Positions 37,091 through 50,835 of a stretch of 64,000 nucleotides of DNA are shown piece after piece. Location of the stretch: assembly GCA_030324005.1 (NCBI GenBank), contig JARDVH010000001.1:84056905-84120904 (forward strand). Direction: 5' to 3'. Origin of the DNA: Negaprion brevirostris. Taxonomy: Eukaryota. Position 1 is the stretch's first letter; every line of letters begins with the position of its first letter. The notes beneath the pieces were generated by a model that made no database searches, had not been told where the DNA came from, and was given only the letters and a program-made list of their open reading frames with translations. The position numbers and the translations under genes are program-made.

Positions 37091-39084
37091 GGGCCAGAAC
37101 CAGGTTCACAGTTTGAGAATAAGAGATCTAATGTTAAGATGACAAGGAGGTTAATTTATTCCTCTCAAAGGATTGATAGTGTGTAGAATTTTCTTCCCCC
37201 GGTAGTGGGAGCTGAGTCTTTAAATTTATTCCAGACAGAGTTAAACAGTGTTGATAGACAAAGGGGTCACAGGTTATAGAGGGGGGTCGATGGCAAAGTG
37301 GAGTTGTGACCACAGTCAAATCAGCCATGATCTTATTGAATGCAAAGCAGGCTTAAAGGGTTGAATGTCCTAGTCCTGCATCTGGGTCATATGTTAGAGA
37401 GGAGAACTAAAATGACAGGCAACCAGAAGCTCAGGTTGAACCTGTGTACCAAATGGAGGTTTTAATGTATAGCCTTCACCCAATCCGTGTGAGCTGTGTC
37501 CTGTGTAGAGGAAACTTATCACGGTCAGTATATTAATTTCCCAAAATTACAAGTAGAATCACTTCTCCACCTGTAAGAGGCTTTTCCTATGAACTCCTCT
37601 AATCTCACCACCTTCTAAAGGCTCTGCACTCCACCAATAAGGAACTCTTGTGCCACACTATTCCTCTTTCCACACCATTAATCACCATGCCTTCAACATT
37701 CTGGGACCTAGACTCTGGAATTCTCTCCTCAACTCTCCCCATCTCCCCTTCCCTTCTCTTTATACATGTATTGTTCTTGTAAAGACGCTTTCTTGACATC
37801 AGTTTGTGCATTCAGGATGCTGACGTGTTTGGTGTTGAGTATGTTCTGCATATGCCACATGAAAATTCAGTCTTGCAAACAGATTAAAATCTAAAACCAA
37901 TTAGTCACTACTTACCATTCTGTCACTATTGTTACATCTTGTAAGATTGAAATCAGCATTTTTGTCCAATGTCATTTCTACCCAATGAAATGAGGAATTT
38001 GTCTAATAAAGCAACTTTGACTGGTATTACTGCCAATGCACATTTACCATTATTACTCAGAGGCTGATGGTGATCATTCCTGACAATTTATTTTAGAGGA
38101 TTTAGCAACAAAACAAATTAATAATTCAAGGCACAAAAAGCCTCAAGTGTAACATTGTCAAGTAATTAACGGCAAAATCCAGAAAAAACACAACCATCTG
38201 GTCAGTAAGTGAAGATTTAGTGTTCTGAATTGGCATGGCATAGTTGGATGTCTTCTGGGGTTGGATTACTAGGTTCACTGTTTGAAATGAATACAGGAAA
38301 ATTGGGAAATTAGTTAATAGAGTCCAAATAGTCAACCAATCTCCCTTAGATATATTTGACTCTTCCTCACCTATTTTCCTTGTACTCACTCTGTCCTACG
38401 GATCCAATTGACCAAACAATAATGGGAAAATCCATCTTCATGATATTTCTCCGTCAGCTACACATTTATCTATGCTGCATTTTAGCTCTTCCTGCTTTCC
38501 TTCTAATTTTAGACTCTTGCTGCTCATTTTTTTAAAAATGCCAACTATATCATTATTTTGAGTGATAAATATGGGAAATCTGGATGCTTACATAAAATGG
38601 GGCTTAATAACTCCAATCGATTTGTTAAATGCTTACAACTGAAATGCTGTCCCTATGACAAATAGCAGTATCTAGATTCCACTTTTCTTTGGAAATCATA
38701 ATAAATTACTATTAAGAAACTTCAAGGTTAATGACAATTAATTCTTATAATGAGAAAAAGAATGATTTGGTCACTAAACCTTTAAAGGACATAGAAAGTG
38801 ATAAATTAATTGTCACAAGGTAGCCCACCCCTTACAAGCCCAGAACTTCACTTTTCAAAGGCCATTAATGAAGATAGCAAAATACCACTTGAGAGCTGGG
38901 GTTTTATGGACCCCCAGAGAGTGTACTCAGAGCTGGAGATCAGGGGATAAGTTTACTGGAATGGCAGGGTACATACACATTCCCTTCTCCTCCCACCACC
39001 ACTGGCATTTTACCGGTGATGGAGTAGGCAGCAGATGGGTTACCTGCCCTGAGGGCAATTTAGTTACTATCTAAATGCAGGAAC

Positions 39085-39585
39085 ACTTTCTCCCTGTCTG
39101 CTCTATTCAGTCGCCTCATGATTTTGAACACTTCTATCATGTTTCATCTTGACCTTCACCTCTTCAAGGGAACAGTTCCAACCTTTCCAATATGTCTTCA
39201 TAACTGAAGTTTCTCATCCCTGGAACCATTCTTGTAAACATCTTCTGCACCCTCTCCAATGCATTCACATCCTTCCTGAGGTATGGCATCCAGAATTGTA
39301 TACAATATTCCAGCTGAGGATTAATGTTTTATACAAGCTCAACGTAAACCCCTTGCTCTTGTAATAAATGCCATTATTTATAAAACTTAGAAGACTGTAT
39401 GCTTTTCTAACTTCTCTTGCCATCTGTCCTACCATGTTTAATGACCTGTGTACATATACGCTCAGACCTCTCTGTTCCTGCTCCTAGTTGTAGCCCTTAT
39501 TTTATTGTCTCTCCATTTTTTCCTACTAAAATGAACTACCTCGCATATTTCCATATTGAACTTCATTTGCCACCTACCTGCCCTC
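39085..39585 (-). mobile_element. Old CR1 LINE fragment
   Basis: cttctgcaccctctccaatgc reads ALERVQK on the minus strand. Confidence 0.7.
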
Positions 39586-39760
39586 ATTTGGAGCCCACGA
39601 TGGGTAGGACCGGAAGCAGCCATGTTATCTGCTTCAAGCCGAGAATGTCAAAAAGACATGATGTCATGCTGGCTGTCTGATTGAGGGCCGGCCAGTGTGA
39701 AACACACCCGCATCTTCCCATTGGAGAAGGGCTATCAGCAGGGGCAGGAGCTGGTGGATG

Positions 39761-39912
39761 CTCCTCCCCCCCAATCCTCACAATCAACCCCCTTTCCAGG
39801 GCCAGTCTGACTCCCCCCCTCCCCAATCTTCACAATCAACCCCCTTTCCGGGGCCAGTCTGACCCCCGCTCCCCAATCTTCACAATTAACCCCCTTTCTG
39901 GGGCCAGTCTAA
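39761..39912. repeat. Minisatellite, 3 x ~50 bp, inside a MITE-like element (~39590-40163)
   Basis: ccccaatc(c/t)tcacaatcaaccccctttccggggccagtctga repeated three times; element ends taaaatcctggccc followed by tta. Confidence 0.85.
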
Positions 39913-41529
39913 CCTTACTTATCTATGATCTGTTCCATCATTGCTGATCTAGGGCTGCTGTGGTCGCAGCAGTTGTCACTGCTTCCTGTGGCACGACTGT
40001 GCCTATGTAGCTGACTTAGAAGGACAGAAGTAATAACTGAAGGCAATTAACTGCCCGATTCATGTTAAATTTAGTCAGTGCTTCCAATACTAGGGGAGGA
40101 ATGATGGTCTCTAATCTTCTGGCCAATGAACAAGGCCACCACCGCCCCATAAAATCCTGGCCCTTATCAAAGTTTCATGTGATTGCATTCTGCTGTTCTG
40201 CTGCTGAGGAAACAGAGTTTAGGCAATACAGTGGGGCAAAGGGAAATGCTCAGTTATGATCTTACTGAGTGTTGGAATGAGCTCAAGAGAGCGTGTGATC
40301 CACTCCTACTGTTATGATCTTATATTCTTATATACATGAGTAGTACCTGTATAAAATTATTCGTAGTCCGTTGTTCATTTGGTGCTAGAAATCCTTAACT
40401 GGAATAACATAGTTATGCTCTTAGTATTTTACAGATACTTGCTACTGGAATTTATCATATCAAATAAGAATTTTTACATTCTCTGAAACCAAAGATGATG
40501 AAACACCCAAGTCCAATGACAGTTTAACAAAACTGGAAATGGTGCTGACAGAAATAGAACATTTTTGATACATATTCATGCTGAAGTTATCCTGACATTG
40601 AGAACTGCTTTAAAAAAGATGATAAGCTGGAAAACGTTACTCGTGTGACAGTGTCTTGAGGAGAAGCTCAAGGAGAGTGTTAATAAAGCCAAGAAACACT
40701 TTGTCACAGATATCATCCATAAGATTAGGGGAGTTCATATTAATTCATTATACTAATGTATAGGCTAATGTAGAAGTACAAGCTGAAAGCTTTACGCTTA
40801 GCAATTTAACTTAAAATCTTACATCAATTACTGAAGGCATACTTCGTTGGATGTATCCAGCAACAGAGAAGAGAAGCTTCATAACTTGAGGAGTAATTAT
40901 CTAATACATTTTATTACATACTGGCGAATTGTACATTGGGCAAAACTATTGGTAGATGAGTTCAATATAAGTGTGAGAACGTTAGATCTGAATATTGTCT
41001 CAATGATGAGAAGTGAAAAACAGAGGTTCATGGGTCCAAATACAAACATTACTGAAAACTACTGGACAGATACAAAAAAAATAAAAAAAGGCTAATGGAA
41101 ACTTTTGGCCTTAATTTCAAGGACACGGGTGGCTGGAGTATGAGTGGGTGAATATTATGTTATAATTACATAGGTAAGATGATTAAATGAGTTGATTTGT
41201 GTCACGACCGTCTGAAAGATGTTTGCTCAAAATAGTCCATGAGCTAGGAGTTTGTGTGTTTGTATGTTTTTAACTTGCGAGTGGTTCAATTTAAAAACAA
41301 CCAGCAGCAAAGCTTTAGTCTTAAACCAGGTTAACTTATTACAAAACTACTGCTGGAAGTTATTTAAGTAAAAGTTATAAAGTTATTAACCAAAACACAG
41401 ATAGAAGATTAAAATGCAGGTAAAAATAAAATATCTAATAGAGATGAAATTCATTTTAATTCTTTTAGATATCATTGCAAAGCCTTGGTTTGCACTGAAG
41501 TGTTGATTGTCTGAAGTGAAAAGGTCAGA

Positions 41530-42080
41530 CCTTAAGACATAGGAGCAGAAGTAGGCCATTCAGCCCATCAAGTCTTTTCTGTCATTCAATGAGATCATGA
41601 CTGATCTAACGTGGAGATCCTCAATTTCACTTTCTTGCCTTATCCCCATAACCCTTGATTCCCTTGCTGATCAAAGTCTGTCTACCTCAACCCAGAACAT
41701 ATTTAACAATCCAGCCTGTGCAGTCCTCTATGGTAAAGAATTCCAGATTCACTACCTTCTGATAGAAGAAATTCCTCCTTGTCTCTGTCTTGAGTTGGCA
41801 ACCCCTTACTCTAAGATTATGTCCTCTGGCCCCAGACTATCCTACAAGGGGAAACAACTTCTCAGCATCTACCTTGTCAAGCCCCTTGAGAATCCTATAC
41901 ATCTTAATAAGGTCACTCCTCATTCTTCTAAATTCCAATGAGTACAGGCCCAACCTAACAAATCTCTCCTCAGAAGAAAATCCGCCCATACCTGGGATCA
42001 ACCAAGTGAACTTTCTTTGAGTTGCCTCCAATGCCAGGTTATCTTTCCATAGATAAGGGGACAAAAACTGTTCACAGTTT
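41530..42080 (-). mobile_element. CR1 LINE 3' end
   Basis: SPYLWKDNLALEATQRKFTWLIPGMGG...LGLYSLEFRRMRSDLI. Confidence 0.9.
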
Positions 42081-42954
42081 ACAGTCTAAGTATTTTCTGT
42101 AGCTGCTATCTTGGCTTCTATGGTTGGTGTATCTGTCCAATTCAAATACTTAAACCAGCTTTTTAATCAAAGTTTTACCCAGGTTCCTTTGTTTAGGAGA
42201 ACAAAATATGGACACAGATACAATGCAACAAACTTTATTAAATATAGTTAACCTGTAAATTAACCACTATGAAAATACCCAGGATTTGGCTCCACTACCT
42301 GTTAAGATGGCCTGGTAGGCTTTAGGTCCAGTCTGTGAGACCCTCCAGTTTGTCTTTGAGAACATGATTCTCGCTACCGTTTCTTCCCTGCTTCCTTTCT
42401 TCTCTGGTCTGATTTCGGTCATCTCCCGTCTCGAGTCTTTGCTCCCAAGATATCCACAATGCCTATTATTATCCCCCTGTGGCCTTGCACTTTTTTTTCC
42501 AACTGCCCTTGGCTTTCTGCCAAGGGGGTTTCAGGAGGGGGCCTCAGTGCCCAAATGATTTAATTGATGAGCTGTTGACAGGACACCTTAGCCTGCCCTC
42601 TGTGCCTTGGAGTCTGGCCCCATTCAGGCTGCAGGTAACAGCCCATGCATATCAAATAGGAGCGACGATCACTTGATGGATTATTGGAGGCTGATCAAGA
42701 CATGCCCCAGCAGCCTGTCTGAGTTTAGTATACTTGAACTTTGGCCAGGTCAGATTTCCTGCAGACTATTTACTGTAATTTAAGTTAGAGTGTCCAATTC
42801 TTTTAAGTTGAAATGTCCAATTGCATTTTGAGCTCGGTGCTGCAGAGTCTGTCTTTTCAAATTTACTCAGTGGGGGGAGCAGCTTTGGCCAGGTGTGAAG
42901 GTCCCTTTTCTTTACTGGTTCTGGCAGTGCAACAATTGAAAACTGCATGGATTC

Positions 42955-43890
42955 CTTTCATGCATATTCTCCGGAGTCTTCAACATGTCATTGATGAAGA
43001 CGAACATCTCACCAAGGCCATCCCCACACCCCCACTTCTTGCCNNNNNNNNNNNNNNNNNNNNNNNNNNNNNNNNNNNNNNNNNNNNNNNNNNNNNNNNN
43101 NNNNNNNNNNNNNNNNNNNNNNNNNNNNNNNNNNNNNNNNNNNNNNNNNNNNNNNNNNNNNNNNNNNNNNNNNNNNNNNNNNNNNNNNNNNNNNNNNNNN
43201 NNNNNNNNNNNNNNNNNNNNNNNNNNNNNNNNNNNNNNNNNNNNNNNNNNNNNNNNNNNNNNNNNNNNNNNNNNNNNNNNNNNNNNNNNNNNNNNNNNNN
43301 NNNNNNNNNNNNNNNNNNNNNNNNNNNNNNNNNNNNNNNNNNNNNNNNNNNNNNNNNNNNNNNNNNNNNNNNNNNNNNNNNNNNNNNNNNNNNNNNNNNN
43401 NNNNNNNNNNNNNNNNNNNNNNNNNNNNNNNNNNNNNNNNNNNNNNNNNNNNNNNNNNNNNNNNNNNNNNNNNNNNNNNNNNNNNNNNNNNNNNNNNNNN
43501 NNNNNNNNNNNNNNNNNNNNNNNNNNNNNNNNNNNNNNNNNNCCCCATGACTTGCCTGGGTTTGCAAAACCTCACTTACTGTCCTGTCTGGAGACAATAC
43601 ACATCTCTTTCGCCTGCGCTTAATGCTATCTCCACTCACATTGCCTGCACCTTTAAGACTTGAATAGCAGATTAGCTGTAAAGACTCACATTCTAATCAG
43701 TATTCTGTAAACTGTGTGCATGCTTTTATATGCCCTGTTTCTGATAAGAACTTTCCACTTGCCTGACGAAGGAAGAGCATTCTGAAAGTTTGTGGTATTT
43801 ACTATCAAATAAACCTGTTGGACTTTAACCTGATATTGTGAAACTTCTTACTTGTTTACCCAAGTCCAATGCCGGCATCTCCACATCATT
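42955..43890 (+). mobile_element. 5'-truncated Penelope-like element (GIY-YIG region presumably in the gap)
   Basis: HILRSLQHVIDEDEHLTKAIPTPPLLA matches the linker before the PLE endonuclease; 3' terminus with hammerhead core and aataaacctgttggactttaacc. Confidence 0.8.
43755..43795 (+). ncRNA. Minimal type-I hammerhead ribozyme motif, possibly decayed
   Basis: CTGACGA (43763-43769), stem II GGAA/TTCT, GAAA (43784-43787), GTTT, then GTG able to pair with the upstream TGC. Confidence 0.6.
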
Positions 43891-45898
43891 CCTTTCTTGC
43901 ACCAGAATTGTGATGATTTCTGGACAACTTCCTCTGTGACTCTGGTTGGCAGGGAGAAAGGCAGAACTCACATGCTGTTCACCTCACAAGCAAGGGGATC
44001 AAAGGATACCACATTTTTTACTGGAAGACAATGCTTGTTAGCATGGCACATGAGCGATCGTTCACACAAAGACCTTGAAGTCTGTATTTGGTGAGGTTTG
44101 GGAGGGTCACTTTTGACCTTAGCCCTTACTGCAAAGGGGAACCATGTAACAGAGTCCATTTTTGTTCAGCGGCTGGCAGACAGGAGTCACAGAGTGCAGA
44201 GATTGCTCATGTGAAATGGAAAGGGATCACTGATATCAGTCAGTCAGGGGCTAAGTGGATCTCACAGTCTGAAGTCAGAGATAGGAGAGAGTGTAGAAGT
44301 GCAGCGGGTATGCAGCAAGAGCAATCATTGGAAGCAAAGTGTAACACAGCTTCAGGGAAGGACAAGGGCTGTGCACTTCACAGGGAAAAAGGCACAGCCT
44401 GGTATGCATGGCTGTCCTACAGTTGTTACTTTGGGCCTTGGTTGGGTCTGTACTGGGTGCTTCTTGGAACCACCCTTGCATAGAGGACATGCTTCTGCAC
44501 CTGGACTCCACAGATCGAAACACTGAAGCGGGGTATTATCTTCTTCTTGAGGCTGGTAGGCATTTGCTTCTGATTTGATGACATCTTTTGCAGTCTCCTA
44601 ATAACAGTTGGAGAGAATGGCATGAGTGTGTTGTGCTGAAGTTTAAATATGGTGCCCAGAACTTCAAACCACTGCTTTATGGAGACCAGATGCATCAGCT
44701 CTCACCCCAGCAGATGATTTGGTGACACGCTCACCTATACATGATTAATGAAGTTTGATGTGTGCGATATGGCACAATTTCCTGCCACTTCAGCAGCAAG
44801 TTCCGGCTCCACTGGAACCGCTTGCCACCACACTTAGACAAAAAAACTGCAGAACTCTTCCTGACATGTTGAATTTGACTTTGAGCATATTCAGGGAATA
44901 AATTACAATTAAAAATTGCTGAATTTGGAAAATAGAGCAGTAAGGTTGAATCTTGTTGTTGCAACTGCGAAAAATTTGATACCACAAATCAGACAGATTT
45001 CTTTTGACATTGAGGAATTTCTGACTTCTGCCTTCACAGAAATACTTAGGAAAACAGGACTGTCAGAAAGTAACTGTTGAGATATATGCACTAAAAAAAA
45101 CCCTACTAATGTCTGCAGGTCAAACAGAAATATTAGAAACATTTTGTTCTACTTTGTGAGATATAGTTTCAAATATGGCATAGAAAAATAATTGGGCTTG
45201 CAGAGACTGGATGGGCTGAATAATCTTTACCCACTCTATATTTTCCCTGTTTCTCATTTCCTTATTTAACAATTCTTCCTCTTGGCTCATGCTGGAACTT
45301 TTGAGCTTCGCCTGAGGCAATAATCCGCCAACCATCACAATTTTTGTTTCTGCTGGATGTGATTTGTCAGATCAATGCATAAACACCTCACTATATCCTT
45401 CTTATTAATGTTGGTGGCATTGTACTTCTGCCAATTAGTTTGGATGGAGCTGCTTACCAGTGCATTAGTAATAGATTGTAAACCAGTCAAGAGTTGATCA
45501 GAGATTTTCTTTTTCAAATGCATGGCAGCATTACCTTCTCACAATACATTCTGACTCTACTCAAGGCCTATAATAAGTGCTGCAAATGCATAGCAGGGAT
45601 TTTGACACAACATTAATTTTACTGGTTTGGCATATTGTGGAGGTTTTCCAAGTTAAATTTAATTAACAAGTTCCGAGACACTGATGTTGCATTCAGTTAG
45701 CATTATGGAAAATTTAATTGGTCCAGGAAATAATTCTTTTCTTACCAGTATTATGGACAGAATGAAGAATGCTGACCTAGATTCTAAGTTGCTGATACCC
45801 AAGCTAATATATAACACGAGCTAAAAAATGATGATTTCCCAACTCTTCAGTTGCGGATATTCTCTTTGGAAAAAAAACTGAACATGTGTACTGATATG

Positions 45899-46192
45899 GA
45901 TGGCATAGCGACACAGTGGTTAGCATGCTGCCTCACAGGGACCCGGGTTCATTTCTGGCCTTGAGTGACTGTGTGGAGTTTGCACATTCTCCCCGTGCCT
46001 GTGTGGGTTTCCTCCGGGTGCTCCAGTTTTCTCCCACATTCCAAAGCTGTGCAGGTTAGGTTGATTGGCCATGTTGAATTGCCCCTTAGTATCAGGGAGG
46101 TTAGTAGGATAAATGCATAGGTAACGGGGATAGGACCTCGGTGGGATTGATGTCAGCGCAGGCTCATTGGATGAATATCCTCCTTGTGCACT
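45899..46192 (+). mobile_element. HE1-type SINE
   Basis: Head acagtggttagc...gacccgggttc, core and eroded tail. Confidence 0.85.
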
Positions 46193-47362
46193 TCATAAAT
46201 TACCTTGGTAGAGAAAAATGATAAATTACAGATTAATAACCATTATTTTTTAGAAAAATAACTTAAGTTCCCAATGTTCAACTGAACAATAAATTGCCAT
46301 ACATTTTGTCACTCCAAGATATGTATCATGAAATTGAGTGCAAATCTCCATTGCAATACTCCAATCCAAAACAGCAGCACAACTGTTTGCCCACTCCATA
46401 GGCATTCACAGCAACTGCCTGCAATAAGATTGATATCATTTAACTATGTTAGTAAGCACCCCGCGCCTGAATACTTTCTGTTAGATTCGCATTTACGCAC
46501 TCCAGAAATGTCAGTTCCCATATCCATCCAACAAATCACGGCAGGAATAGTTGTACCACAGGCTTCCACATGCACATTTTAAAATAATTAGGATCATTTG
46601 CTGGGGAATCAGTTTAGATGCTAGGGCATCTTTAAGTCTAACTTTTGGCTGTTTTGGCAGATAATTGTCTGTGGCATACTTTTGCAGAGCAAGTTTGTGG
46701 ACAGCAAGTATTGTTTCACAGGATTTGTTGTTTCATTTAACATGGGGATAGTGCTGGGATAGCACTTGAGACTTTCAAATCAGGGGGAAGACCAGCAGCA
46801 AGAAAGGCAGCAAAGACTTGCGAAGGCTGCAAGAAGAGGCGAACAGAGTGAAGGTCTTGCAGTTTGTAGGTTCATAATTGTATGAACCAAGTATCATATC
46901 TAAACCTCACAGTGGACTGTTGTGTAAGGCAGGTGCAGTATTTACCTTTGCCACATTATGTACGGAGACACAACTTATTNNNNNNNNNNACCAAGAATCA
47001 GAGTGTGACATCAAAGCCTACACTGCTCTGAACTGTAACAAAATAGCTGGTTAACGTCAATAGGTCAGGCAGTATCTGTGCAGAGAAACAGAGTTAATGA
47101 GTGGAATCTGGTGCTGTTCCTGAGCGGGGGCAGCTTAGTGGACAGTGGAACTTAATTGTGCAATGTTGTGTATTGTAAACCAATGCATAGTGTGTCACAT
47201 GATTATGTCGTGACATTATCAGGGACATTTGGGAGATTCTCCCTCTCTTCCATCCTGGACTGTAAACAAGCAACAACTATCTAATAAAGTTCCACAAACT
47301 GATTAGGTAACCCAGTGTGGCAAACTTTTCATTCTTTAATCTTTGCAGTTAAAGTGAGCTGA

Positions 47363-47572
47363 CCGCCAAAATCTTGCTGTCTTTTCATGCTGACAATATG
47401 TTATGGTCCTGCCAGCACACACACCCATCCAGACGAGTTTCCCGGACGCAAGGGGTACGTTCAACAGGAAGCCCCGTTGACAATAGTGGGACCAGATGAT
47501 ACCTCCACAAGCAAGCACGCGCCACCTCCTGACAGCGCAAAACACGGCACAGAGTGGGAGAAAAGTCCTGTC
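47363..47572. mobile_element. 210-bp MITE, TSD TGA
   Basis: TGA at 47360-47362 and 47573-47575; the empty site gagctgaccact is in the second duplicate copy. Confidence 0.75.
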
Positions 47573-48029
47573 TGACCACTAAACAGTAAAAGGCAAAATC
47601 GGCGACGAAGATGGCTTTCCGGTAAAAATAGTCAGGAGAAACAATTCAGAGCAGAGTCAAGGATTGATTTTCAGGAGACCATTCCATCGATTGAAGTGTG
47701 GTAAATCTGGCTTTTGGAAACGGGTTTTCAGCCTTTGCTACGGGTGTACGTTAGTTTTGAAATTTATGAAAAGCACTCTGGACTATTCTTTAATAATTTT
47801 TACTTGACTATGACATCGGGACAGCTCAGAGAGACAGAGGAAAGGAAAAGAAAAATATTTTTCAGCCAGTGCATCAAAAATAATAGTAGTCAATTAACAC
47901 AATCAGTGGGTTCAGAATCTCCTAGAAAATGAGCGAAGTAAGAAAATGTAAAAACAAGTTTACTTGCTGAATTTGGGAAATCTTTCCTCTTCCATCCTAG
48001 ACTGTAAACAAGTAACACCTATCTAATAA

Positions 48030-48155
48030 GTAAAAGCAGAAAATGCTGGAAAATATCAGCAGACGGTCACCACAGATGCTATCAGACCCGTTGAGATTTT
48101 CTTGCATTTTCTGTTTTTGTTACTGATTCCAGCATCTGAAGTAATTTGCTTTTAC
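48030..48155. mobile_element. Short palindromic Penelope-derived insertion
   Basis: Termini GTAAAAGCA...TGCTTTTAC; flanks ctatctaataa / ccatctaataa; empty site at ~47277-47287. Confidence 0.8.
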
Positions 48156-50802
48156 CCATCTAATAAATCTTCATTAACTGGTTAAGTAACCCAGTGTGAC
48201 AACTCTTTCATTCTTTTATCTTTTCTGTTAAAGTGAGCTGACCACTTTAGTATATAACACGCAGGAGGCCCAAATTCAGCTTCCCCGACCGCAGGATAAA
48301 ACAACAGTATTAAATGCTGAGAAATGGTATTGGAATAGTTGGGTGGTTTGGCCTTGACTGGCACAGATGTGATGGGCTGAAGGGCCTTTTTGTGTGCTGT
48401 ATACCTCTATAACTGAGCTATTGGGAGTTTGAAGACAGCAAGTATTGGGCAGCCTTTTTCAATGCATGCTCATTAAAAAGCAATATCGCCAGAATTAAGT
48501 GCACCTTTTCAATTAAATTATCCATGAATAAGAAATATGTGCTTTCAGATTCACAACTGCACACAAGTTGCATGCAGCAGGCAAGGCCATAAACGTGCTG
48601 GAGCTGAAGTGAGTAAATTCTGTTACAAGTTGTTGGGTATAGTTCAAGAGGACTTAAGGTATTCATAGTCTTCAGTTGTTCAACAGTAAATACTTATTAA
48701 CTGTTAGAAACATGTACATAGCCACAATAAAGGTTCAAGCTGGGAGTTGTTCCCCGCTTGTTTCTACACATGGCTCTGTCCAACACTACACTTACCCCTA
48801 TGTGGGGCTGATGTGTTCTCTTACATCACTGTGTGGTTGATGCAGTATTCAGACCCACACTAACACTTCACGTACCAGATCCTTTTACTACTGGTGCTGT
48901 TTTTCCTCTTTGTAGAGAGTTATTTAATGGCAAGATGACTGAAATAAGATGGATGTGGTCAAAGGGTGGGGGAGGCTATACATGGCAGGGAAGGAGCCTA
49001 GGGCTCAACGGAAGGGAGTCTGAGGAATGGCAAAGGCACAGGGCAGGGAGGGAGTCTGAATCAGGGAGGGGAAGAGTTCAGGCAGAGAGGGAATCCAAGA
49101 CTTGGAGGCAATCCAAAGTAGGGAAGGCATTTGTCCCAAGTAAGGAGGGGGCATGAGACAGGCAGTGAAATGAGACAGGGAGTCGAAGTNNNNNNNNNNN
49201 NNNNNNNNNNNNNNNNNNNNNNNNNNGACTAGTGTTATGGTTGTGGTGGTCCTGTTGTTGTGTGAGTAGGGGTTTTCAGTCGGACAGTGGTGGTAAAGGG
49301 ATGGTCCTGATGAGCGGGTTCATTGGGTTCTGGGTTGAACTGAGGGTAGTAGACATTGCAGGGAAAAGTCAACATGGGAGGGGGAATGGGAAACGGTAGG
49401 GTCATGCTTGGCTGAGGATGGTCTCAAGGGGAAATTAGGAAAGGAGGGGTTAGGGTGGACATGGAGATCTTTACTAGTGTAGGCTCAGAGACATGAGAAA
49501 GTATATGGAGGGTGATTGTCCTGGAGTCAAGGGGATAGGGTTGTGGGGGGAAGGATGGGATGGGGAGGTTCAACATAACAGACGAAAGAGAAATGGGTGT
49601 ATCAAGAATGAAGAGGAGAAGTCGGTTGGTGACAAGGGGATAGTAGAAAGTGATGGAATGGATCCAAAGTCAAATTTGCATCATTTTAAAAATCTTTTCT
49701 AAAAATGCAGTTGCTCAGAAAGTGCAAATTTTTGAAGAAGGAGGAGGGTCATTTTAGGTGAGTTCAGAAATTAATGATTAGCAATTGGCTGATTAAAAGA
49801 ATACGCTAACTATCATAATTCAATTGGGTGAGAACCATGGTCAGATTTGTTCTCATCTCAATGGTCACCCTTCACATACAGTAGCATTGATATATGTCCC
49901 ATGGGTCACATTCAACCAATGTCCCAGCACAATTGCGACAAGGAGGAGAGGAGGTGCTGAAGGACAGCTCTGAAAACTGAGGGAGGTAGGAAGTGAAGGA
50001 GGGGCTTAAGGGTGATACTAGATTATGCAGGGAATGTTGGTGTCAGAGGGCCATAAGTTCAGAATGATTGTGCAGAGAGCAAGAGTCATTCAAGAAGATT
50101 ATTTTCAAAGTCTTCAGACTCAAGGGTAACTGTGGGGAAACTCAAGGATATTAGAGGGAATGTCAAGGATAATGACAGGCAGGTAGAAGGTTATGTGTGC
50201 GGAATGTACCACTGTGCCAGGTGGAAGTGTGGGGAAAAAGGACAAAGGTCTCAGATAGCCGGTCATGGATGATAAGGGAGTGGATGGAATGAGTCTGAGG
50301 GCAATACAAGGGTAATGACTGAGGCTCCAGGGTCATAATAAGAAACTCAATAGTAATTGATGGAGGATGCACAGTCATGGTTTCCATTTCCACAGCCGCT
50401 GCTCCAGTGTCCATGCAAATGGTGGCATCAACACAAAATACTCTCAGCATTGGGGCTAAGGATTGGTCATGGTGAGGGGGTGTGCCCATTGCTAAGTATA
50501 GAGCTTCCAATTCTGGAAAAATGTTCAGGACAGGAGGGAGGATCTTGAGAATATGTTGTCCCAATTGCTCTCTGCAATTTGTTCGCAAATAACTTCATCT
50601 GGACGTGAAGATGGGGCAAGTCAACCCAACACTTCTGATAGCAATATTGCAGCTATAAAGGAACTGCCAGAGGGTGGCCCAGGGCCAGGCAGGGCAGTAG
50701 CCAGAATGTGAATAGGGAGAGGTGGGAAAGGCAGAGGGTTAGGCAGTGCAGGTTTCTGGCAACCAAGGACCAGTGCAATGTCAAATATTAGTGCACAATA
50801 AC

Positions 50803-50833
<31 letters not shown>

Positions 50834-50835
50834 TA
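50803..50835. repeat. (AT)n microsatellite
   Basis: About 12 perfect AT units plus an imperfect extension. Confidence 0.95.

Larger units (their letters stand above)
47227..48245. repeat. Direct duplication of a ~140-bp unit (47227-47580 and 47971-48245), each copy carrying a different insertion
   Basis: atttggga...ctcttccatcct(g/a)gactgtaaacaag...atctaataa...gtaacccagtgtg...gttaaagtgagctgaccact present twice. Confidence 0.9.

Noticed and set aside
39761-39912. Three ~50-bp repeats as a possible CRISPR array
   Set aside because: No unique spacers, eukaryotic context and no cas genes; this is a minisatellite.
41200-42950. Possible nested LTRs starting at tgtcacgac
   Set aside because: I could not define an end or a TSD.
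50163-50588. 141-aa minus-strand ORF
   Set aside because: Lies in compositionally skewed, repeat-like DNA with no recognisable domain; at best a decayed transposon accessory ORF.
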